Shown here one piece after another: positions 1 to 8,887 of a stretch of DNA of 64,000 nucleotides. Numbering within the stretch: the first letter of the stretch is position 1; the number at the start of each line of letters is the position of its first letter. The stretch covers positions 160,001-224,000 of the forward strand of contig CAVQNG010000005.1 in assembly GCA_963713825.1 (NCBI GenBank). Reading direction: 5' to 3'. A program made the position numbers and the translations under genes. The notes below the pieces were generated by a model, which saw only the letters and a program-made list of their open reading frames with translations, was not told where the DNA came from and did not search any database. This DNA is from an uncultured Acidobacteriota bacterium (GTDB lineage: Bacteria > Acidobacteriota > Thermoanaerobaculia > Multivoradales > JAHEKO01).

Positions 1-2
1 TG

Positions 3-2153
3 ATCGTGAACCGTGAAGGGCGGGTCAAGATCCTCGACTTCGGCCTGGCCAAGCTCGAGCTTGTGACTGCCGATACGGAAGCACCGACGATGGCGGTTGC
101 CTCGGGCGCCGGCACGGCTCCAGGAGCAGTTCTCGGAACTGTGGGTTACATGGCGCCCGAGCAGGTGAGGGGACTCGAGGCCGATCACAGGGCAGACATC
201 TTCAGCCTCGGAGCCATCCTCTACGAGCTGTTGTCGGGTCGGCGGGCTTTTCGAGCCGAGTCGGCTGTGGAGACGATGAGCGCCATTCTCAAGGAGGATC
301 CTCCAGAGCTGTCGTCGACTGTCGAGCAGCTGCCTTCGGGCCTCGAGTCTGTGGTTCAGCACTGCTTGGAGAAGAACCCCGAGGAGCGCTTCCAATCGGC
401 TCGCGATTTGGCCTTTGCTCTCGACTCTGTCTCTCGCGTCTCCCAGTCTGGCCTGAGGCTAGTGGAGGCGGACTTGCCAAAGCAGAAGCGCCGTCTGTCG
501 TGGATTTGGGCCGCCGGCCTGACCGCGGTCGCTCTACTGATCGGTTGGGCTGCCGGCAACTGGCTCAGGCAGGAAGACCCCGAAGTGCCGCCCACTTTTC
601 AGCGCTTGAGTTTTCGTCGGGGTGCGATCCTCGCTGGCCGATTCGTGCCGGACGGTCAGTCCGTCATCTATGGAGCAGCTTGGGAAGGTCAGCCAGTCGA
701 GCTGTTCACGACGCAGATCGGCACTCCGGGCTCGAGAGCTCTGAACCTCGGTTCGGCGGATGTTCTTTCGATCTCGGACTCGGGAGAGTTGGCGGTCTCC
801 ATCGGTCGTCGGTTCGTCGCTGGCTTCGAAACTTCCGGCACACTCGCCAGGGTCTCCCTTGCCGGCGGAGCTCCCAGGATCTTGCTCGAAGACGTGCACG
901 AAGCCGACTGGGGACCCGATGGAGAAAGCCTGGCGGTGGCGCGCCTGGTGGGCGGACGCTACCAGTTGGAATACCCCATGGGCGAGGTCCTCTTCGAGAC
1001 CAATGGCTGGATCGGTGAGATGAGAGTGAGCCCGGATGGCCAGCACATTGCCTTCGTGGATCATCCCGTGCGGGGCGACAACGTAGGTACCGTGACGATC
1101 GTCGACCTGGCCGGCGAGGCTACGACCATCCAGGTCCAGGGGAGTCAAGGCCTGGCCTGGACACCCGACGGCTCCGAAATCTGGGTAGCTCATGGAAGAA
1201 CAATCCGAGCCCTGAACCTTGACGGAGAGCAACGCCAGGTCTGGTCGGGCGCAACCACGATTCGGATCCTCGATATCGATGCAGAGGGAAGGGTTCTGGT
1301 GGCTCCCTTGCAGGTGCGCCGGGAGATGGCTGGGAAAGCACCCGGAGGGGAGGAAATGAACCTCTCCTGGTTCGATTGGTCCGGCCCCCGAGGGCTCTCG
1401 ACCGATGGACGGACTGTGCTTTTCGACGAAGGCAATAGGGGTGATGACGAAGGGTACTGGGTCTTCCTCAGGGGGACCGATGGTTCGGCGCCGGTGCGGA
1501 TGGGCTCTGGAGTGGGTGTCGCGATATCTCCCGACGGAGAGCAGGTGTTGATCATCTCCTATCCCTTCACGGATCCGAGGTTCGTCCTATTGCCGGTCGG
1601 GGCCGGTGAACAGCGTGAAGTCGATGTTGGTGACATTCGCCTGCAGCCGCTGGCGATCTGGCAGCCCAGCGGCCGGGGGTTCGTCTTCGCCGGCTCGAAT
1701 GAAGGCGAAGGAACGCGACTGTTTCTCAAGGATCTCGATAGCGGTGAGGTTCGGCCGGTGACGCCTCCGGGCGTCGAGGTGCATGAACCCAAGTCGATGT
1801 CCCCTGATGGGCAGTCGGTGGTTGTAAGGGCACCCGACGGTCATTTGACCCGTTATTCGTTGACCGGGGGCGAGCCTTCGCCGATTCTGGGAGCGGAACC
1901 GGCAGACTTCGCCATTCGGTTCGACGAGACCGGCGAGTCGCTCTACGTGCTGCAATTCGGCCGGCTGCCAAGCCCGGTCTACAAGATCCATCTCGCCACA
2001 GGCGAGCGGTCCCTGTCGGGTGAGCTCTCTCCCTCCGATCCTGCGGGCGTCTTCGATGTCGACAAACTATTCATGACGGCCGACGGCTCCGCATACGTCT
2101 ACTCCTACCGAAGATTCCTCAGCGATCTGATCGTCGTCGAAGGACTCGAATAG
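3..2153 (+). CDS. Ser/Thr protein kinase (Hanks type) with TM segment and C-terminal PD40/WD40-like beta-propeller; 5' truncated by the window edge
   Basis: VKILDFGLAK, GTVGYMAPEQ and DIFSLGAILYE kinase motifs; hydrophobic segment WIWAAGLTAVALLIGW; repeated SPDG/TPDG propeller motifs. Confidence 0.93.
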   Translation: MVNREGRVKILDFGLAKLELVTADTEAPTMAVASGAGTAPGAVLGTVGYMAPEQVRGLEADHRADIFSLGAILYELLSGRRAFRAESAVETMSAILKEDPPELSSTVEQLPSGLESVVQHCLEKNPEERFQSARDLAFALDSVSRVSQSGLRLVEADLPKQKRRLSWIWAAGLTAVALLIGWAAGNWLRQEDPEVPPTFQRLSFRRGAILAGRFVPDGQSVIYGAAWEGQPVELFTTQIGTPGSRALNLGSADVLSISDSGELAVSIGRRFVAGFETSGTLARVSLAGGAPRILLEDVHEADWGPDGESLAVARLVGGRYQLEYPMGEVLFETNGWIGEMRVSPDGQHIAFVDHPVRGDNVGTVTIVDLAGEATTIQVQGSQGLAWTPDGSEIWVAHGRTIRALNLDGEQRQVWSGATTIRILDIDAEGRVLVAPLQVRREMAGKAPGGEEMNLSWFDWSGPRGLSTDGRTVLFDEGNRGDDEGYWVFLRGTDGSAPVRMGSGVGVAISPDGEQVLIISYPFTDPRFVLLPVGAGEQREVDVGDIRLQPLAIWQPSGRGFVFAGSNEGEGTRLFLKDLDSGEVRPVTPPGVEVHEPKSMSPDGQSVVVRAPDGHLTRYSLTGGEPSPILGAEPADFAIRFDETGESLYVLQFGRLPSPVYKIHLATGERSLSGELSPSDPAGVFDVDKLFMTADGSAYVYSYRRFLSDLIVVEGLE

Positions 2154-2186
2154 CGTCGGCCGCTAGGCCGGTAGCGGCCCCGCGAC

Positions 2187-2278
2187 CTTGGGGTTGAGGC
2201 ATCCGGTGCTTTGCACCGGCTGATCTTTGAGGGCTTGGGGGATGAGGCGTCTGGACTCCGTCCAGCCGATCTCTGGGG
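2187..2278. repeat. Two tandem REP-like hairpin units (locus A)
   Basis: CTTGGGGTTGAGGCATCCGG-TGCTTTGCA-CCGGCTGATCTTTGAGGG followed by CTTGGGGGATGAGGCGTCTGG-ACTCCGT-CCAGCCGATCTCTGGGG; same family as 6358, 15058, 22351 and 58696. Confidence 0.85.
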
Positions 2279-2358
2279 TAGTGGGGGAACGTGGGCCTGG
2301 GGGCTCGGACGAATCACACTTCCATGTCAACGGCACGTGACTTGCGTAGACTTGGGGT

Positions 2359-4227
2359 ATGGACTCAGCGGGTCACTCGTCCTCGTGGCGGCAGAGATTG
2401 CACTGGATCGTTGTTACGGCTCTGACAGTCCTTATTCTTGTCCCAGGCTCGGCCTGGGGTCAGCCGGCAGAGAGCTTCGGCGAAGAGGAGCGAGTCACCG
2501 CAATCGATCTGGTCGTCGCCCCGCGGGAGACCGGGAGCTCTGCCAGAAAGTCGGCCAAGGACCTCAAGCCCGAGGACTTCCGTCTGACAGTTGGAGGTGA
2601 GTCGCGGCGGGTCGTTGCGATTGGACCCCCGAGCTTTGGCAACCTGTCCGAATCGTGGCAGGTCGTGGTCTATGTTGACGAAGCTCTCTCGAGTGCATCC
2701 ACGGTGCGCTGGGCTTCGGATCTCTTGCTTCAGCAGAGTGAAGACCTTGTCCGCCTGGGACAAGTGGATCTCGTCGTTGCAGCGGCAGAGCCCGTCTTCC
2801 TGCTGCGGGGCAATCGGGACGCGGGGTTGCTGAGAAACTCCCTGGTCAGGCTCTCGGAAAGCGATAGAGGTCGTGATGATCTCACCGCTCTGCGCTCGGC
2901 GTTTCTGACTGCCTTGCACGACGACCAGGGGGCCTACGCTCCTGACGAGCTCAGGACGGCGTTTCGGGCTGAAGAAGAGCGGCTGATCCAAAGCCGGATG
3001 GACATTCTGCTCACCTTCCTGGCCGATGATGTCGTAGCCGGAAGTCGCCGGGTGTTGTTCCTGGTGAGTGACGGCTTCGATCTGGTTCCCGACGACTTCT
3101 ATGCCCTGTGGTCGAGAATCGAGTTGGGGAGCTCGGAACAGGCGACCTCCCAGGATGTAGAGATCTCCGATTCAGAACTGGCCCTCAGAGAATCCGTGTC
3201 AACGACGGCCCGAGCGGTGAGTGCTTACGGCTGGATCACTCATCCGCTCGTCGCGCCCGAGCGCCCCAGTCCTCTCGTGCCCGGTCTCAGAGTAGGAAAA
3301 TGGCGCCTCAGTGGTCCCGCCGGGGGTCGCATCATCGGGTTCAAAATCGTCCGAGAGCACCAACGAAAGAAACAGAAGGCGGAGAACCTGGTCGAGCTGG
3401 GGCTGGCTCAGCTGGAGAAAGGCGAAGCCGGAAAAGCGGAGGAGTCCTTTCGGCAGGCTCTCGTCCACTTCGCCGGAGATCCGAAGACCGCTCTAAGTCA
3501 GGCGCAGGCCTACCTCGGTCTCAGCGAGGCCCTGGCGTTGCAAGACGAAGCGCAAGGGGCCCGCGAAGCCCTGGCTCAGGCGGCAGTGCTCGATCCGGCC
3601 ATCGAAGAGGAGAACCCGGCCGCCGTCGCGGCACTCTGGGATCCACTCGAGCCTTTGAATCTGCTCGCGTTGGAGAGCTCTGGTGGGCTCGTCGCCAACC
3701 AGGAAGAGCTGATCGCCACGACCACGGACCTCGGACGACGTCTCAGACTGACTTATCAGGAGGTTGGTCCACCTCGCGGTGAGATGCAGCGGGCCAGCAT
3801 CGACTGGGCCGAGAGAGAAGGAGACTTGCGATCTCCGGCTTGGACACGATTCGGCACGCCGGAAGCCGTCGCGGCCGCCCGGGCCCGCAGCCTGCTGGAT
3901 GGTCGGTTCGCGGATACCGAGCTCGATCTGGACCTGGTGGTGCAGTCCTCGGAGCCGGGTCGAGGTTGGACTCTCCAGGTGACGTTCGAGGAGCCTCCTG
4001 ATCTGGAAGGGTGGGAGGAGAGTCGGCTCCTACGGGTAACTGTTGCAACCGCTGCGCCCGATGCGACGCCAGAGGTGACGCATCGCCTGCTGCGGGGTTC
4101 CGAGGAAGATCCTTGGCCCTTGTTCAGTAGTCAGGTGGTGACCGATGGCCCGCAGAGTTGGCTGGTTGTAGTCATGGAGGACCTGGCTACTGGCAACTGG
4201 GCTGCGGATGTTGTCGAGATTCCCTGA
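2359..4227 (+). CDS. Exported acidobacterial VWA-like domain protein with TPR insert
   Basis: Signal peptide; VVVYVD and RRVLFLVSDGFD VWA-like strands; TPR-like helices (ELGLAQLEKGEAGKAEESFRQAL). Confidence 0.7.
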   Translation: MDSAGHSSSWRQRLHWIVVTALTVLILVPGSAWGQPAESFGEEERVTAIDLVVAPRETGSSARKSAKDLKPEDFRLTVGGESRRVVAIGPPSFGNLSESWQVVVYVDEALSSASTVRWASDLLLQQSEDLVRLGQVDLVVAAAEPVFLLRGNRDAGLLRNSLVRLSESDRGRDDLTALRSAFLTALHDDQGAYAPDELRTAFRAEEERLIQSRMDILLTFLADDVVAGSRRVLFLVSDGFDLVPDDFYALWSRIELGSSEQATSQDVEISDSELALRESVSTTARAVSAYGWITHPLVAPERPSPLVPGLRVGKWRLSGPAGGRIIGFKIVREHQRKKQKAENLVELGLAQLEKGEAGKAEESFRQALVHFAGDPKTALSQAQAYLGLSEALALQDEAQGAREALAQAAVLDPAIEEENPAAVAALWDPLEPLNLLALESSGGLVANQEELIATTTDLGRRLRLTYQEVGPPRGEMQRASIDWAEREGDLRSPAWTRFGTPEAVAAARARSLLDGRFADTELDLDLVVQSSEPGRGWTLQVTFEEPPDLEGWEESRLLRVTVATAAPDATPEVTHRLLRGSEEDPWPLFSSQVVTDGPQSWLVVVMEDLATGNWAADVVEIP

Positions 4228-4407
4228 AATTCGACTGAGTTGAAATTCAGTGTCCTGGGGCTTGGGCCCTGGGTCCTGGGATTGTAGGGGAGAGGCTCGC
4301 CTTCTCCCGCGGGCGCCGGCAAAGGACTCCCCGACCCGAAGTAGCGCCAGAAGTCTGCCAAATCCGAGCGTGTGAAAGGGTTTGAAGGTTGAGGGTAAAC
4401 TCCTGAC

Positions 4408-4779
4408 GTGACCAGGATCCTGGCAATCGGTTGTGGCGGGTTCATGGGTGCTGTGCTGCGGTACTGGATCTCCGGCTGGGTCTATTCGCTCGGCCACGGT
4501 GGCTTTCCCACAGGCACACTCGTCGTCAACGTAGTCGGGTCCTTTCTGCTGGGCCTGGTTGTGGGCCTGGCCGAGCACTTCGTCATCCACCCGAATCTGC
4601 AGCCTTTCCTGACGATCGGTCTCCTCGGGGCATTCACGACCTTCTCGACGTTCTCGTTCGAGACGATGGCTCTGCTAGAGGGCGGGTCGTATTCGAAGGC
4701 GCTACTCAATGTCGGTGCCAGCGTGATGCTGGGGCTGGTGGCCGTTCTTGTCGGCCTGGTCGCGGGCCGGGCGCTCTAG
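4408..4779 (+). CDS. crcB: Fluoride efflux channel CrcB/FluC
   Basis: GGFMGAVLRY, FPTGTLVVNVVGSF and GLLGAFTTFSTFSFE signature motifs; 123 aa, four TM segments. Confidence 0.96.
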   Translation: MTRILAIGCGGFMGAVLRYWISGWVYSLGHGGFPTGTLVVNVVGSFLLGLVVGLAEHFVIHPNLQPFLTIGLLGAFTTFSTFSFETMALLEGGSYSKALLNVGASVMLGLVAVLVGLVAGRAL

Positions 4780-4788
4780 GGGCACTGT

Positions 4789-5139
4789 ATGGAAATCAGG
4801 GGATCCGGAAAGCTGCTGAGAGTCTATGTGGGAGCCGATGACCGTCTGAAGGGCAAACCCCTATTCGAAGCCATCGTCTTGCGATTACGTGAGATTGGAC
4901 TCGCCGGGGCGACCGTCTTGCGGGGCATCGAGGGCTTTGGAGCTGATAGCCGGGTCGTGCATACGGCTCGTCTGCTCCGACTCTCCGAGGACCTGCCGAT
5001 TCTCGTCGAGGTCGTCGATAGCGAAGAAAGGATCGGGCAGGCGGTGAGCGCTGTAGAAGAGATGCTGGAAGAGGCCGATTGCGGCAGCCTGATGACCCTG
5101 GAGAAGGTAGAGATCATTCGCTATCGTCCGGGCAAGTAG
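4789..5139 (+). CDS. DUF190 PII-like protein
   Basis: GLAGATVLRGIEGFG and LSEDLPILVEVVD motifs; usual partner of crcB. Confidence 0.93.
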   Translation: MEIRGSGKLLRVYVGADDRLKGKPLFEAIVLRLREIGLAGATVLRGIEGFGADSRVVHTARLLRLSEDLPILVEVVDSEERIGQAVSAVEEMLEEADCGSLMTLEKVEIIRYRPGK

Positions 5140-5219
5140 AGGCAATCGCGAGCCTGTGGAAGACAGTTTCAGGAGGTCGATCTGGGACCTTCGAGGGACC
5201 AATTGAGAGGAGACTCGAC

Positions 5220-6359
5220 ATGGATCGCCGTGAATTCTTGACAGCTGGAGCCGCGGTGGGCGCCGTCGGCCTGGGCAGGTTGGTGGCTTTCCCCGATCGG
5301 TCGGTGGCCGCACCGCAGGTCGCCGGGCAAGTCGCTTCGCCGGTCGGTACGATCCGCCTGAACTCGAACGAGAATCCGCTTGGCCTCTCACCCTCTGCCC
5401 GCATGGCGGTCGAGAAGGGGATCGCCGAGGCGAATCGCTACCCGGATGCGGCACGCGAGCAGCTGGCCGATGCGCTGGCGCTGAGGCTGGGCGTGAAGTC
5501 GGAGAACATCGTCCTCGGCAACGGCTCGACCGAAATCCTCCAGATCATCGTGCAGGCTTCCAATGCTCCGCAGGGCAGGCTGGTGATGGCGGACCCGACG
5601 TTCGAGGCCATCTCCTTTTATCAGCGCACTCTGACCTACACGACCGAGAAAGTCCCTCTGACCTCCAGCTTCGCCCATGACATTCAGCAGATGAAGGACC
5701 GGGTCGCAGCCGGCAACAGCCCGGCGGTGGTCTACCTCTGCAACCCCAACAATCCCACCGGGACCCTGACTTCCAGTGCCGAGATCGATGCCTGGATTGC
5801 GGCAGCGCCGGAGACGGTCCTGTTCGCAGTGGACGAGGCCTATCTCGAGTACGTCGAGGCGCCTGGATACTGGTCGGCTCTCAAGTGGATCCAGGACCGA
5901 CCCAATGTCATCGTGGCTCGCACCTTCTCGAAGATCTACGGCATGGCTGGAATGCGCCTCGGCTATGCCGTGGCCCATTCCGAGACGGCTCGACGCCTGC
6001 GCGAGTTCCTGACCTGGGACAATGCCAACAGCCTGGCCTTGGCAGCGGGCCTGGCTTCCCTCGCCGATGAAGGGCTGGAGGCTCGCGGCAGAGCGGTCAA
6101 CGAGGTGGCGTTGACCATGACCCGAAATTGCCTGGACGAGCTGGGTCTCGACTACCTGCCCAGCCACACGAACTTCCTGATGCACAGAATCAAGGGTGAT
6201 GTGAAGGAGTACATCGGTCGGATGAGGGGGAGGGGACTCCATGTCGGCCGACCCTTCCCGGCGTTGCCTTCCTACAACCGGCTCTCCATGGGACTACCTG
6301 AGGAGATGGAGATCTGGGCGGAGACCCTGAAGGACTTTCGGAAGCAGGGATGGGTTTGA
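5220..6359 (+). CDS. Tat-exported HisC-like class I/II PLP aminotransferase
   Basis: ATG at 5220 after GAGGAG; MDRREFL twin-arginine signal; LNSNENPLG, CNPNNPTG, DEAY and RTFSKIYGMAGMRLGY motifs. Confidence 0.9.
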   Translation: MDRREFLTAGAAVGAVGLGRLVAFPDRSVAAPQVAGQVASPVGTIRLNSNENPLGLSPSARMAVEKGIAEANRYPDAAREQLADALALRLGVKSENIVLGNGSTEILQIIVQASNAPQGRLVMADPTFEAISFYQRTLTYTTEKVPLTSSFAHDIQQMKDRVAAGNSPAVVYLCNPNNPTGTLTSSAEIDAWIAAAPETVLFAVDEAYLEYVEAPGYWSALKWIQDRPNVIVARTFSKIYGMAGMRLGYAVAHSETARRLREFLTWDNANSLALAAGLASLADEGLEARGRAVNEVALTMTRNCLDELGLDYLPSHTNFLMHRIKGDVKEYIGRMRGRGLHVGRPFPALPSYNRLSMGLPEEMEIWAETLKDFRKQGWV

Positions 6360-6456
6360 GGGTTGAACCGGCCGCACTTTGTGTCGGCCGGTCGTTGGGG
6401 GCTTGGGGGTCGAAGTGTCCGGTCGTACCTCCCGGCCGATCCTTGAGGGCTTGGGG
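6358..6456. repeat. Two tandem REP-like hairpin units (locus B) between convergent genes
   Basis: GGGTTGAACCGGCCG-CACTTTGTG-TCGGCCGG...CTTGGGGGTCGAAGTGTCCGG-TCGTACCTC-CCGGCCGATCCTTGAGGGCTTGGGG. Confidence 0.85.
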
Positions 6457-6499
6457 AAACAGGGGCTCGAGATCCCAGTATGCCTAAGCCCTTACGCCC

Positions 6500-8710
6500 C
6501 TACTGAAGGTAGCCGAGAGCCTTCAATTGCTGCTTGGTCTCGTCGTCGAAGTCCATCGTTTCGATCTCGGGTAGCTGGTCGAGCTCCAGCAACTGCCGAC
6601 GTATCAGGGTGGCGAGATAGCCGGCGAGAACCGGATACTCCACGGCCAGGTCGATCTGCTCTTCGGGGTCCTGGACCCTGTCGTAGAGCTCGCGGCTTCG
6701 TGCAAAGCTGGCGGAGAGAGGCTCGATGAGCTTCCATTGGTTCCAGATCACACTCATGCCCCGTCTTCCTTCGTAGTCCAGATAGGAGAAGACAGGGTCG
6801 CCACTGGCGGCTTGCAGCCGCTTGCGATCGAGGAGCGGTGCCAAGCTTCGACCTTGCAGCTCCGTCGGAGCCTCGAGACCGGCGAGCTCGAGTAGCGTTG
6901 GCAGCAGGTCGATCTGCTGCACCGGTTCCGCAACGCGCTGGCCGATCGTGGTTCCAGGCAGCTTGAGGAGCATGGGCACCTGGATGGACTCTCTGTACAG
7001 GTCCCATCCGTGGCCCTGGATGCCATGTTCGTAGAAGCCTTCGCCATGGTCGGAGGCCAGGACAATCAGCATCTGGTCGTAGAGCCCCCGGCGACGGAGG
7101 TCTTCCAGCAGCAGTCCGAACTGGCGATCGGCGAAAGCGATCTCGGCATCGTAGAGGTCCATGAGGTCCTGGACGGTCTGCGGTGTCTTCGGGATCTCCC
7201 CGAAGGCGAGGCCACGGATGTGTTCGAAGGAGCCCGCTTCAGGATCGCTGACGTCGGGTGCGAAGGTGCGACGGTACTGCTCGGGTGGGTCGTAGGGGGC
7301 GTGGGGATCGATGGTGTGAACGTAGAGAAAGAGAGGACTCCCTGCCTCATCGCGGTCCAGCCAATCGAAGATCTGTTGGTTGACGCGATCGGCGCGTGCT
7401 GGCTCTAGAGCGAACTCATCGAAGCCCTGGCGCAGTCCGGAGTCAGCAGAGAAGTAGGCGTTGGTCGTGAAGGCGATCGTCCGGTAGTTGGCCGCCGACA
7501 GGAGCTCGGCCATGGTGGAGAACCTCGATGCGAGGCGCTGCTCTCGATGATTGACGCCGTGAGCCGTGGTTCTCAGGCCCGTGAAGATCGAAGCCACCGC
7601 GGGTTTGGTCCAGGATGTCTGGGCCATCGCGTGGTCGAAGACGACCGCTTCTTTGCCGAACCGATCGATTTCGGGGGACACGTCGCGCGCATATCCGTAC
7701 AGGCCCAGATGATCGGCCCGCATCGTGTCGACGACGTAGAGGAGAATGTCGGGAAGCCCGGCCTGGAGGCCCTCAGTCTCCACAAAACCCGGCTCTACAG
7801 CGGGCTCGCGTTGGCTCGACGGGGACTCGATCCGGGGGCCCCGAAGGAAGAGTGGGTCAGGAGTTTCCGCTTGGGCTGCAGCCAGGAACGAGAGCTTCAC
7901 CGCCTGCTCTTCGTCGAGCGGTAGATCGATTGTGACGCCTTGCCGGTTGGAGCGCAGGTCGAGCGATTCGATCAGCGTGCCACGATCGGTCAGCAGGCTG
8001 ATCTCGAGCGCGGCCGCGGTCTCATCGAGTCCGGAGATTTGGTCGAAGACTAGCCTGTCCTGAGGTCTGGCCTCAAAGTAGAAGTCGATCCCCGACCCGA
8101 AGGGCATCGAGATCCCGGTCTCGCTCGCAGTGATTTCTGAAGGAGAGGCAACCGGCTCGAGGTGGAACCGAAGCCAATCCCATCCTACTGCCAGACTCCG
8201 AGCCTTGCCGCCCCGAGAACCTGTTTCTGGCGACTGACTGTATTGATATTCGAAGGTCAGCCGATTGATGCCTCGTTTCAAGGCTTCCGCCGGGACTTGA
8301 ATCTGGTAGGTCCGGGGCCCGGATTCGAGTGAGATGGGCTCGAGGGGGATGTCGTTGAGTGTGGGACGGATCTCTTGCGTCGGGGCACCTTCGAACGAGT
8401 AGGGGAAACACCTCATTTCGAGGCCGAGATCTCGTGGTGACGAGAGAAAGAAGTGCAGCTCCGAGATGGGACCGGTCCCCCAAACGAAGGAGGTGCCAAA
8501 TGACCTCTCGTTCCAGGACCATCCAGAGTCGAGAAAGGCTCGGGCTTCCGCCGATCCGAAGTCCAGCTCAGTGGGCTCGAAATGGATGTCTGCCGTCGCC
8601 AGCTCCCCGGTCAAGGCGAATCGAGTCTCGAACGAATCGGAGCGCTGGCAGGCCGAAAGTACGACGAAAGCCACGATGGGCAAGAGGCAAGTGCGGATGC
8701 ATTTTTCCAT
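6500..8710 (-). CDS. Lipoprotein with C-terminal sulfatase-like hydrolase/transferase domain (start could be up to 8764)
   Basis: LSAC lipobox; DILLYVVDTMRADHL, SWTKPAVASIFTG, HTIDPHAPY, SDHGE motifs; C-terminal LKALGY. Confidence 0.9.
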   Translation of the reverse strand: MEKCIRTCLLPIVAFVVLSACQRSDSFETRFALTGELATADIHFEPTELDFGSAEARAFLDSGWSWNERSFGTSFVWGTGPISELHFFLSSPRDLGLEMRCFPYSFEGAPTQEIRPTLNDIPLEPISLESGPRTYQIQVPAEALKRGINRLTFEYQYSQSPETGSRGGKARSLAVGWDWLRFHLEPVASPSEITASETGISMPFGSGIDFYFEARPQDRLVFDQISGLDETAAALEISLLTDRGTLIESLDLRSNRQGVTIDLPLDEEQAVKLSFLAAAQAETPDPLFLRGPRIESPSSQREPAVEPGFVETEGLQAGLPDILLYVVDTMRADHLGLYGYARDVSPEIDRFGKEAVVFDHAMAQTSWTKPAVASIFTGLRTTAHGVNHREQRLASRFSTMAELLSAANYRTIAFTTNAYFSADSGLRQGFDEFALEPARADRVNQQIFDWLDRDEAGSPLFLYVHTIDPHAPYDPPEQYRRTFAPDVSDPEAGSFEHIRGLAFGEIPKTPQTVQDLMDLYDAEIAFADRQFGLLLEDLRRRGLYDQMLIVLASDHGEGFYEHGIQGHGWDLYRESIQVPMLLKLPGTTIGQRVAEPVQQIDLLPTLLELAGLEAPTELQGRSLAPLLDRKRLQAASGDPVFSYLDYEGRRGMSVIWNQWKLIEPLSASFARSRELYDRVQDPEEQIDLAVEYPVLAGYLATLIRRQLLELDQLPEIETMDFDDETKQQLKALGYLQ

Positions 8711-8887
8711 CGACCAAGGGTCTCTCTCCTGGGTCGGCCACGACCTGAGCGTCATCGGTTTCATAGAGCCCTCGGAGTCTACGCTTCCCTAGCTCCGCGA
8801 GAAAGACCGTCGGCGTCCGTCAAAAGCCTGCGGGTTAGAATCCTTACCTGGCATCCATCGAAGTGCAGCCCAGATGGGAAGGCCTGA

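Noticed and set aside
4228-4407. Fluoride riboswitch upstream of crcB
   Set aside because: Expected by context, but I could not find the GAUG...CUGAUG/CUAAUG core and pseudoknot; a cmsearch would settle it
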